In this document: positions 1-7,443 of the stretch, piece by piece
Numbering within the stretch: position 1 is the first letter of the stretch
Layout of the letters: every line of letters begins with the position of its first letter
Assembly (NCBI GenBank): GCA_039680575.1
Contig: JBDKSP010000037.1
Span: forward strand, 1-10,490
Length of the DNA: 10,490 bases
From: Armatimonadota bacterium
GTDB lineage: Bacteria; Armatimonadota; UBA5829; DTLH01
Direction of reading: 5' to 3'
The notes under the pieces: generated by a model
Seen by the model: only the letters and a program-made list of their open reading frames with translations
The model's database searches: none
Told to the model about the DNA's origin: nothing
Made by a program: the position numbers and the translations under genes

Positions 1-125
1 GTTTGCATTCCGCTTCCTCCAGACATCACCTCACAATGATGCCCTTGCGGTTCCGCTAGTGGTTCCTGTCACCAAGGCCCACAGGGGTCTCTCACCCCTT
101 AGTTACTGCGCCCTGCCGGGCGCAC
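1..125 (-). mobile_element. 5' end (start of domain I) of a group II intron, class C (IIC); continues off the left edge of the window
   Basis: The minus strand reads GTGCGCCCGGCAGGGCGCAG...AGGGGTGAGAGACCCCT...CCGCAAGGGCATCATTGTGAGGTGATGTCTGGAGGAAGCGG...GCAAAC. This has the canonical GUGCG 5' boundary at 125 and the domain I hairpin order typical of IIC introns. It lies directly after a terminator hairpin, the known IIC target. Confidence 0.9.
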
Positions 126-162
126 AACGAAAAGGGGGTGAGGCCATCACGGTATCACCCCC
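126..162 (-). terminator. Intrinsic terminator of the 555-aa gene and intron target site
   Basis: Minus strand GGGGGTGA-taccgtgatggcc-TCACCCCC-TTTTCGTT, with arms at 155-162 and 134-141. It begins 14 nt after the TAA at 177-179. Confidence 0.85.
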
Positions 163-176
163 GATCATGCTTCATT

Positions 177-1844
177 TTATCTTGAAATCAGCACCCACTT
201 GCCGCTCTTTTCATCACGGTCGAGTCTGGTTCCTACAAGGCTCTTCAGGAGCTTGACATCGACTACCGTTCTGCCATTGGAGTTGACGTACGGCGTGCTC
301 GTCAGCCGCATCGCCTTTCCATTGATTATCGCGGTCCTGTCATTGATGCGGAGCTTGAACTTCCTTCCTTCGATTACGGCAAGGACAGTTTTCAGCCTGG
401 GGTCCCAGGCAACGATAGTTCCGCCTGCTGACTCGATCACATAACGAAGCTCCGAGACTACGACTCCATTTATCTTCTTTGTCTCAAGAGTCAGCTTTAC
501 TCTTCTGGGCTCCAAAGACGGCTGCACAGCGGGGATTACCGGCTTGGGAGCGGCCGCCATCATTACAGGTTTAGGCGTAGATACAGCCATTGCTATCTGC
601 GGACGCGCGAGCCTCTGTCCGAATTCAGACTCGGTACTGACGCTCTCAAGAGCGGATTGATCGATACTGACTCGCTGATGCGTCATTGTCGCAGCCGGAG
701 GCGCGACGGATGGGGCCATGGTAGACACAGGCGCTGCCATATCGGTGGGAAGCGCTGCGATTATATTTGATGAGATTCTATCGGACTCAGCAACACCGGG
801 ATTTGTCCTGACCGGGTCGGCTGCGGGTTTGTCATTCGCCTGTATTTTGGGAACGTCAACAGAAGGCATCGCAGGTACGGATGATTTGATATCAGGTATA
901 ACAGCGACGACAGTCGGCTTTCCAAGCTCGGCTGATACCGCGGGAGGAACAGTCACTCTACTCACAGAAGACCGGGATGATTCTGCGGTAATGCTTTTAG
1001 CTGTCACAACCGGACACTCCGGCTTTGCAACCGGAAAATTCGCCTTGCTGACTGAGCTGATCTTATCGACCGATCTTGCCGCAGATGCCTTGGTTTCCCG
1101 GCTCATCGGAATTATCGGAGCAGTGTCAGCCTTAGCGACAATGGTCTTTTCCGTTACCGGGCGAGCAGCTATCGCAGGTCTCCTGCCATTCTGTACAAGC
1201 ACTTCGATCATCTCGGCTTCACTCTTATTGCCGGACGAATCATAGGCGCAAGCCTCCAGTGTATGCTTGCCATTCTCGCACTGGGACGTATCCCACTCGT
1301 AAACATACGGCGGAACGTTTTTAATGAGCTTGAGAGTCTTGTCGACAAATACGGAAATCAGCGGATTGTCCCGGCCGTTATCCTTGGCGGCAAGCTCTAT
1401 GTAAGCCACACCGGATACAACGTCGCCCTTTTTGATGCCGGTAAACTGGAGGTCTGGTGCGAGCACATCTATGGGGCGGTTTCCGATCCTATAGCTGCTT
1501 GATGTCGAACCCACCAGCTTGTCTCCGGAGAAGACTTTAATAACAAAGTTATGACCGCCGTTTCCGATCCTCGTGGTATCGATCAAAAATGACACGATGC
1601 CTCTGGTTGTCGGATTAGCTATGTGCTTAATACCATAAGCTGCACCATCGACCAGGATTTCCACACGAGTTACTTTCGTAGAAGAAGCTGTGTTATAAGC
1701 GGCCGACACTTCCACGTTTCGTCCATTGACAGTCTCTCCTGCGCTTGGAGAAACTATGGTTACGCGGCTGGTTTGTGCAACTGCCGGAACAGGCAGATAT
1801 GCAGCTAAGAGAGCTATTGCTACAATTATTGATACTGCTCGCAA
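177..1844 (-). CDS. Secreted/surface protein: signal peptide, two bacterial Ig-like domains, long P/A/S/V/T-rich linker, C-terminal copper amine oxidase N-terminal-like (stalk) domain
   Basis: 555-aa ORF with a TTG start and AGGGGGG SD 6 nt upstream. Hydrophobic N-terminus ending AVA-Q. Ig-like motifs IVSPSAGETVNG...RVEILVDG and PPYVYEWDTSQCENGKHTLEACAYD. C-terminal LRYVIESAGGTIVAWD...AIINGK...PYVNSNGRTVV stalk-like motif. Confidence 0.75.
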   Translation of the reverse strand: MRAVSIIVAIALLAAYLPVPAVAQTSRVTIVSPSAGETVNGRNVEVSAAYNTASSTKVTRVEILVDGAAYGIKHIANPTTRGIVSFLIDTTRIGNGGHNFVIKVFSGDKLVGSTSSSYRIGNRPIDVLAPDLQFTGIKKGDVVSGVAYIELAAKDNGRDNPLISVFVDKTLKLIKNVPPYVYEWDTSQCENGKHTLEACAYDSSGNKSEAEMIEVLVQNGRRPAIAARPVTEKTIVAKADTAPIIPMSRETKASAARSVDKISSVSKANFPVAKPECPVVTAKSITAESSRSSVSRVTVPPAVSAELGKPTVVAVIPDIKSSVPAMPSVDVPKIQANDKPAADPVRTNPGVAESDRISSNIIAALPTDMAAPVSTMAPSVAPPAATMTHQRVSIDQSALESVSTESEFGQRLARPQIAMAVSTPKPVMMAAAPKPVIPAVQPSLEPRRVKLTLETKKINGVVVSELRYVIESAGGTIVAWDPRLKTVLAVIEGRKFKLRINDRTAIINGKAMRLTSTPYVNSNGRTVVDVKLLKSLVGTRLDRDEKSGKWVLISR

Positions 1845-1967
1845 GATTATCCCCCCTGCTGGGCGATTGGCTTTTGTACAATTCTACTCTTGGCATTCCC
1901 AGCTTTACCCGGCAGCCTCAGAGACGGAGAATTTACAGACGCCCTAGTGCTTGATAGGCTTATTCTA

Positions 1968-1996
1968 ACTCTACCATAGCGATCCGTATTAGTCAA
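1968..1996 (-). promoter_or_regulatory. Putative sigma70 promoter of the 555-aa gene
   Basis: Minus strand TTGACT (1996-1991), 17-nt spacer, TAGAGT (1973-1968), with TG at the extended -10 position. Confidence 0.55.
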
Positions 1997-2023
1997 TTTT
2001 TAAAGGTAAGAGTTCACTCTTGG

Positions 2024-3025
2024 CTAGAGTAAATTAGAAGACAGTAGCTTGTGGCACTCAGTAAAGGTATCGAACCCCCGCAGATTCCAGGTGCCGAAAA
2101 TGCTCATCAGGACCATCCTGGTCTTGGAGCCTTTCTCTGAGCGAGTTCCTCCGCTTATCTTTCTTGCTATCACCGAAGGTCTTACGGAACGCTCCGCTGC
2201 ATTGTTGTCGGATGGAACTTCAGGCTCCTCAACAAAAACAAACAGTTCAGCCAGATGTTTCTCTATCCTTCCGGCAAGCGTGCTTTGTGGCTTCTTCTTA
2301 CCAAGATATGGATCGGTAAGTGTCATCAGCCGTCTCTCAAATACAAGCTTGGCCTTAAGCCTATGCCTGGCTGATGTGCTGGTAAATGCCTTTGCCCGCT
2401 CATATACATCCACAACGGCCTCTACCCATCGACACACAGACTCGTCTTTCTCATACTTGTCCTTCAGTTTCTTTAGGTCGCGTAGAAGGTGAACCCAGCA
2501 CCTCTGGCAGACGACCCCAATCACTGAATACGCCGCGTAGAAGTCGCACCCAGGCCAATCCTCACCCAAGACTCCCTTGGGTTATGTCAGACGCCCGGCT
2601 CCTGTTGTAGACGAAGTAGCGCACACTTGGAGTGGAGAAACTCCAGATATAGCCGTTTACTCCGTCCTGTCTCCATCCTGTTTCATCAGCGTGAACCACT
2701 GAGCTTCCGCGCACTTCATCTCGTATCTTCTCATAAAGTGGCATCGCCACATCAGCCACCCTCTGCAGTATCCTTGATATCTCTCCTTTGGATATCGAAA
2801 GTCCGTATAGGGTGAAGAGCAGTCCCTTGATCTGGCTATTGCACGATGCTCTATCACCCAAACTGGAACATCGGGCAACTCCACTACTTCTCGCGTTCTG
2901 GCTACCCATCCACCGGAAAGCTTCCATCCGCAGTCAGGACAGATATCGATGCTGTGATCTACGACCTCCGTCGGAGTCTGTCGATGTCGCGCGAAGCTTT
3001 GCTTGCGCTGCTTACGCTGCCTCTG
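2024..3025 (-). pseudogene. IS66-family DDE transposase pseudogene in three fragments
   Basis: Fragment 1 (~3025-2832): RKQRKQSFARHRQTPTEVVDHSIDICPDCGWKLS...REVVELP (zinc-finger region). An apparent deletion/frame change follows at ~2832. Fragment 2 contains VVHADETGW. A frameshift follows at ~2575-2585. Fragment 3 contains DFYAAY, QRCWVHLLR and PSDNNAAERSVRP..RKISGGTRS. No start codon or N-terminus is recognisable. Confidence 0.9.
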
Positions 3026-3085
3026 CCATTTATCATCGACCGAAGCATAGAAAGGGTCTTATTGTAGATGCTTTAGGTCTCCACC

Positions 3086-3121
3086 ATTCGTGAAATCCGT
3101 TAAATCCGCGTAATTCGCGTT
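3086..3121. repeat. Degenerate 9-mer tandem repeat, four units
   Basis: ATTCGTGAA-ATCCGTTAA-ATCCGCGTA-ATTCGCGTT. Confidence 0.7.
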
Positions 3122-3150
3122 TCAAAATGACGGATAGTGGATGCCGATAG

Positions 3151-3183
3151 AAAAGCGGAAGCGGCAGCTTCCGCACTCCAAAG
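3151..3183 (-). repeat. GGAG-type REP-like palindrome
   Basis: Minus strand TTTGGAGT-GCGGAAGC-TGCC-GCTTCCGC-TTTT. Perfect 8-bp arms (3155-3162/3167-3174) preceded by a GGAG tetranucleotide. Confidence 0.65.
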
Positions 3184-3243
3184 AGATTAGCGGAGACTTG
3201 TACCATTCACACTAACCTCTATTCTCAAACTTGCCCCTTCTAT

Positions 3244-3311
3244 ATCTATAGATTTTCGGCTGATTAATTAACAGCCAGTCATATATTGGTTGTTGCCGAA
3301 AATCCATAGAT
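3244..3311. repeat. Long nested inverted repeat
   Basis: Outer arms ATCTATAGATTTTCGGC (3244-3260) / GCCGAAAATCCATAGAT (3295-3311) match 16/17. Inner arms AACAGCCAGT / ATTGGTTGTT pair over 10 bp with two G-U pairs. Confidence 0.75.
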
Positions 3312-3332
3312 TCAGGGTCCATTCCTTTCCTG

Positions 3333-3377
3333 GATGCTGAGTCAAGCTCAGCATGACGTTGTGTTCGTTCAGCATGA
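3333..3377. repeat. REP-like palindrome ending in TGAC, plus a partial second copy
   Basis: ATGCTGAG-TCAAG-CTCAGCAT-GAC (3334-3357). The half copy TCAGCATGA recurs at 3369-3377. Confidence 0.6.
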
Positions 3378-3448
3378 TGTTATACTCATCAACTCCGAAC
3401 TCTTACTTTTCCTTGGCAGCACCGAGAGAAATATGATAAAGCTCTTCG

Positions 3449-3466
3449 GTGTATAATGTGTATAAT
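3449..3466 (+). promoter_or_regulatory. Tandem GTGTATAAT x2; candidate -10 elements for the HEAT gene/valS region
   Basis: Perfect 9-bp tandem duplication, each copy with consensus TATAAT (3452-3457, 3461-3466). No convincing -35. Confidence 0.4.
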
Positions 3467-3654
3467 ATTGTTTTTGGTAAGAAGGTATTGGAGAGTCCTC
3501 ACAAGTAGCTAAATAATAGGAGCTGCCGGTGGAAACCCACAGGCCTGTGCTGCAATCATGTGTATTAGCGGCTTATTGATAAATTGTGCGTTATCTTTGC
3601 CAAGTGAATTATCGCATTTTTCGGGTGTATAGAGGATTCGAGAGGGGCTTTTAG

Positions 3655-4443
3655 ATGTCCAGCAAAGCAAAAAAAGTAAAAAAGGTGCAGCGTACTATAA
3701 TCAACAAAGATCAACGATGGTTTGAGCAGATCGATCCTTCGCTTGCTGCCGATGTGCGTGCAAGATTGATAGAAGAGTCAGCCAAACGGTATTTCGATGC
3801 GACAAAAGACAGCTCCGACGGCACTTTACCTGATGAAGATGCCAAACTGCTGCTTGAGTATTCGAAAGACGATGACCCGCGCGTAAGAAAGACCGCGGTG
3901 AGTACACTGCTCGACGGCGCCGATGTGGATTGGGAGAGCATCGAGAGGTGGGCACTGGATCCTGAAAAAGATGTGCGTGAAGAAGCGCTTTCCCACCTGA
4001 TGTTCTCCGTCCACAATGAGGAGACCATCGAATGGTATATATGGCTCCTTTCTGAGATCATAGAGCGCTATGCGGACGGTCAGGCCGGGATAGCCATGAG
4101 CTTGCTTGCGACACAAAGCGAAGAGTGGCTCAACCTGACATGGCAGGCCGCAGGTGAACTGCTCGACCTGGATAATAAGGATGTTACGATGCTCCTGACC
4201 TGCGGTTACATTGAAGATGTAATCCGTGAGTCACGCGGACCGGAAGATCCGCGCGTTGCAGCCTGGATTAAATCCGGTGACAAGCCTAAAAAGAATGCAC
4301 TGCTCGAAGTGGTAGACTGGTTGACTGATTACGATGGCCACCTGGGGAAAATCGCAGCCGCACTGGTGAATGACCCGGACGAAGAGATTGCGGAGAAGGC
4401 AAAGAAATTGGCTGGAGATAATTGCAGGGGAGAGGAACGATAA
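3655..4443 (+). CDS. HEAT-repeat (alpha-solenoid) protein, function unknown
   Basis: 262-aa ORF with an ATG start and GAGAGGGG SD. HEAT-like motifs SKDDDPRVRKTAVSTL, ALDPEKDVREEALSHL and LVNDPDEEIAEKAKKL. Acidic body with a basic N-terminus. Confidence 0.75.
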   Translation: MSSKAKKVKKVQRTIINKDQRWFEQIDPSLAADVRARLIEESAKRYFDATKDSSDGTLPDEDAKLLLEYSKDDDPRVRKTAVSTLLDGADVDWESIERWALDPEKDVREEALSHLMFSVHNEETIEWYIWLLSEIIERYADGQAGIAMSLLATQSEEWLNLTWQAAGELLDLDNKDVTMLLTCGYIEDVIRESRGPEDPRVAAWIKSGDKPKKNALLEVVDWLTDYDGHLGKIAAALVNDPDEEIAEKAKKLAGDNCRGEER

Positions 4444-4598
4444 TGGACGACATTGTAGTTGCATCAAGATATATGTTCCCGCCTGAGGGCGATACATCCA
4501 AGCTCCTTATAAGCATGCAGGGAGGTGACACTCTCGCCAAAACTGCCATGAAGTGGGTTAACCGGATTTACGATGAATTGGGAATCGAAGACGAGTAA
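4443..4598 (+). CDS. Small hypothetical protein, 51 aa (MDDIVVASRYMFPPEGDTSKLLISMQGGDTLAKTAMKWVNRIYDELGIEDE)
   Basis: The ATG overlaps the upstream stop (TAATG) and has its own SD GGAGAGGA 6 nt upstream. It ends at TAA 4596-4598 and fills the gap to valS. It is absent from the supplied ORF track. Confidence 0.6.
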   Translation: MDDIVVASRYMFPPEGDTSKLLISMQGGDTLAKTAMKWVNRIYDELGIEDE

Positions 4599-4644
4599 AT
4601 TACTGAATTTTTGCGATTTAAATTGTTAGCAATGGAGGCAATTG

Positions 4645-7329
4645 TTGAATACGGATAATGAGAAACTACCGAAGGTGTATGATCCCTCCCAGGTAGAGGA
4701 TAAATGGTACGCTTACTGGCTGGACAAGAAGTATTTCCACGCCGAAATCGACCCTTCGCATGAAAATTATTGCATAACTATCCCTCCGCCGAACGTGACT
4801 GGGTCGCTTCACATGGGGCACGCGCTCTGCTATACGATTCATGATGTCCTCGGGCGGTGGAAGCGCATGAAAGGGTTCAATACCCTCATCCTGCCGGGAA
4901 CCGACCACGCCGGAATCGCAACTCAGAACAAAGTTGAGCAGCAGTTGGCCAAAGAAGGGCTGACCAGGTTCGATATAGGACGGGAGAAGTTCCAGGAGCG
5001 CGTCTGGAAGTGGAAAGAGCACTACGGCGGCACGATCATAATGCAGTTCAAGCGCCTCGGATGCTCCTTCGATTGGGAGCGCGAGCGGTTTACGATGGAC
5101 GAGGGCTACGCCGACGCGGTGCTGGAAGCGTTCGTCAAAATGTTCGACAAAGGCTACATCTATCGCGGCGCGCGTGTCGTAAACTGGTGTCCGCGCTGCC
5201 ATACGGGGATTTCGGACCTCGAAGTCGATTATGAAGAAGAAAATTCGCACCTCTGGTTCATCAATTATCCGCTGGCGGACGGCTCCGGATATATCCAGGT
5301 GGCAACAACAAGACCAGAGACGATGCTCGGCGATACAGCAGTAGCTGTGAACCCGGAAGATAAGAGATATATGCAGTGTATCGGCAAGACTGCGATCCTG
5401 CCGATTGTAGGCCGCGAAATCCCGATTGTGGATGACAGTTTCGTTGACCCTGAGTTCGGTACCGGCGCTGTGAAGGTCACACCGGCGCACGACCCGAATG
5501 ACTACGAGATCGGACAGCGGCACAACCTGCCTCAGATCGTGGTCATCGGACCCGAAGGCAAGATGACCGACGAGGCTGGGAAATATGCAGGTGTCGACCG
5601 TTACGAAGCACGAAAACGGATCGTCGAAGAGTTGAAAGAGAAGGGACTTCTTGCGAAAATAGAGGATTATACCCACTCGGTCGGCAAGTGCGAGCGGTGC
5701 GGAACGACAATCGAGCCGCTTCTTTCCGAGCAGTGGTTCGTCAGGATGAAGGAACTTGCCCAGCCCGCGATAGACGCGGTTAAAGACGGCAGAGTGCGCT
5801 TCGTCCCGGACCGCTACACCCGGATTTACCTCGACTGGATGGAGAATATCAAGGACTGGTGCATCTCCCGGCAGCTCTGGTGGGGCCACAGGATCCCGGT
5901 CTGGAAATGCGCGTGCTGCGGCGAGTATTTCGCGTCGAAAACATCCGTCGATGCCTGCCCGAAGTGCGGTTCGACGAACATAGAACAAGACCCGGACGTG
6001 CTGGACACCTGGTTCTCGTCGGCGCTCTGGCCTTTCGCTACTCTCGGCTGGCCGAAAGACACGCCGGAGCTTAAAAACTTCTTCCCGACGAACGCGCTCA
6101 TCACGGCAAGGGATATCATCTACCTCTGGGTAGCCAGGATGATCTTCCAAGGCCTGCAGTTTATGGATAACGTCCCGTTCCACGACGTTTACATCTATGC
6201 GACAGTGCTGAACGAGGAAGGCCGCCGCATGTCCAAGTCGCTTGGGACCGGCGTTGACCCGCTCGACCTGATAGAGCGGTTCGGTTCGGATGCGCTCCGC
6301 TACGCGCTCATCCAGCAGGCCGGAATGGGTCAGGACATGCGCTTCTCGGACTCCAGAGTCGAGAACACACGGAACTTCGGCAACAAGATCTGGAACCTCT
6401 CTCGGTTCGTCATGATGAACCTGGAGGGGTTCGATTTTGAGAATACCCGCGCCGCCTACGGTGACGGCTTCGGCAGCAAGCAGGCCGAAGCAACGGGGCT
6501 GAAGCTCGAAGACAAGTGGATTCTTTCCCGGCTGAACCGTGTGGCAAAGATAGTCAATGACGGATTTGCCAACTACGATATGGATGACGCGGCGAGATCG
6601 CTTTATGACTTCCTGTGGAGCGAATTCGCAGACTGGTATGTCGAGCTTGCCAAGCCGAGGCTGCGGACGGATGAGCGGGAGCATGTCCAGTATATGCTCT
6701 GGCACGTGCTCGAGACCTCCATGAGACTCCTGCACCCGATAATGCCGTTCATCACGGAAGAAATCTGGCAGGCGCTGCCTCACGATGGCGAAAGTATAAT
6801 GGTCGCTCCGTTCCCGGAGGCAAATGAGTCCTTGATCGACGACGAAACAGAGCAGCAGATGACAGCGGTTATGGAATCCGTAAGGTTGATCCGAAACCTC
6901 CGCGCCGAAGTCGGCGTCGCTCCGAGCAAGAGCGTCAATATCGTGGCTGTCTCGGACAATCCTGAGATGAGAGAGCTGTTGAAAGCAGCTGCGGATGGGA
7001 TTAAGTCGCTCGCAAGAGTCGAAGAGCTCGAGATAGCGTCCGAATCACCCTACGAGGACAAGGGGCAGTATGTCTCGGCACACACTGCAGGGTTCAGCGT
7101 CTTTATGGCGGTAGCCGGGCTGATAGACATCGAGAAAGAGACGAAGAAGATCGCCGCTGAGATCGCATCCATCGACAAAGACCTCGCGCGCGTGAACGGA
7201 AAGCTTTCAAATGAGAAGTTTCTTAAAGGCGCGCCTGCTGAAATCGTCGAAAAAGAGCGCCGCATCCAGGCGGAGCTTACGGACAAGAAATCGAAGCTGG
7301 AAGAACGGTTGAACGCTGTCAGCGGTTAG
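4645..7329 (+). CDS. valS: Valine--tRNA ligase
   Basis: Motifs PPPNVTGSLHMGHA (HIGH), GTDHAGIATQ, ATTRPETMLGD, GTGAVKVTPAHD (editing domain), WCISRQLWWGHRIP, DVLDTWFSS and RMSKS (KMSKS), plus a C-terminal coiled coil (KLSNEKFLKGAP). Tandem TTG codons at 4642 and 4645; spacing from the GGAGG at 4634-4638 favours 4645. Confidence 0.98.
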   Translation: MNTDNEKLPKVYDPSQVEDKWYAYWLDKKYFHAEIDPSHENYCITIPPPNVTGSLHMGHALCYTIHDVLGRWKRMKGFNTLILPGTDHAGIATQNKVEQQLAKEGLTRFDIGREKFQERVWKWKEHYGGTIIMQFKRLGCSFDWERERFTMDEGYADAVLEAFVKMFDKGYIYRGARVVNWCPRCHTGISDLEVDYEEENSHLWFINYPLADGSGYIQVATTRPETMLGDTAVAVNPEDKRYMQCIGKTAILPIVGREIPIVDDSFVDPEFGTGAVKVTPAHDPNDYEIGQRHNLPQIVVIGPEGKMTDEAGKYAGVDRYEARKRIVEELKEKGLLAKIEDYTHSVGKCERCGTTIEPLLSEQWFVRMKELAQPAIDAVKDGRVRFVPDRYTRIYLDWMENIKDWCISRQLWWGHRIPVWKCACCGEYFASKTSVDACPKCGSTNIEQDPDVLDTWFSSALWPFATLGWPKDTPELKNFFPTNALITARDIIYLWVARMIFQGLQFMDNVPFHDVYIYATVLNEEGRRMSKSLGTGVDPLDLIERFGSDALRYALIQQAGMGQDMRFSDSRVENTRNFGNKIWNLSRFVMMNLEGFDFENTRAAYGDGFGSKQAEATGLKLEDKWILSRLNRVAKIVNDGFANYDMDDAARSLYDFLWSEFADWYVELAKPRLRTDEREHVQYMLWHVLETSMRLLHPIMPFITEEIWQALPHDGESIMVAPFPEANESLIDDETEQQMTAVMESVRLIRNLRAEVGVAPSKSVNIVAVSDNPEMRELLKAAADGIKSLARVEELEIASESPYEDKGQYVSAHTAGFSVFMAVAGLIDIEKETKKIAAEIASIDKDLARVNGKLSNEKFLKGAPAEIVEKERRIQAELTDKKSKLEERLNAVSG

Positions 7330-7346
7330 ATTTCTCATCACGAAAT

Positions 7347-7372
7347 GTAGTGGCCGCACTCCGTGGCGGCCA
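7347..7372 (+). repeat. GTAG-type REP-like palindrome
   Basis: GTAG-TGGCCGC-actccgtg-GCGGCCA, starting 17 nt after the valS stop. Confidence 0.55.
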
Positions 7373-7387
7373 TAGGCTTCTTTGAAG

Positions 7388-7422
7388 CTGGATATCCCCT
7401 TCTCCCGCAAGGGGATATCCGG
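7388..7422. terminator. Strong hairpin between convergent genes (possible terminator or mRNA 3' stabiliser)
   Basis: GGATATCCCCTT (7390-7401) / AAGGGGATATCC (7409-7420), a perfect 12-bp stem. No U-tract on either side. Confidence 0.5.
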
Positions 7423-7443
7423 TAAACAGTCTTCGCAGGCCAA

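Larger units (their letters stand above)
2006..3406 (-). mobile_element. Degenerate IS66-family element (short single-transposase type) delimited by inverted ends
   Basis: GTAAGAGTTC at 2006-2015 and its exact reverse complement GAACTCTTAC at 3397-3406; GTAA termini are typical of IS66. It encloses transposase remnants. No 8-bp target duplication (TTTTAAAG vs TTTTCCTT), so the two ends may not belong to one insertion. Confidence 0.7.

Noticed and set aside
59..1954. Short + strand ORFs overlapping the 555-aa gene, terminator and intron
   Set aside because: Antisense shadow ORFs without motifs. The same applies to the small ORFs overlapping IS66, the HEAT gene, valS and GH94.
3086..3377. Possible CRISPR array
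   Set aside because: The palindromes are unrelated to one another, there is no repeat-spacer periodicity and there are no cas genes.
3524..3546. GGTGGAAACC resembling a T-box motif upstream of valS
   Set aside because: Poor match to AGGGUGGNACCGCG, no terminator/antiterminator or specifier stem, and two ORFs intervene before valS.
6226..6240. RMSKS instead of KMSKS in ValRS
   Set aside because: A conservative change at the first position with the catalytic second Lys retained; not evidence of altered function.
4666..6783. 705-aa antisense ORF opposite valS
   Set aside because: It lies entirely within valS, has no recognisable motifs and is explained by GC-rich codon bias suppressing antisense stops.
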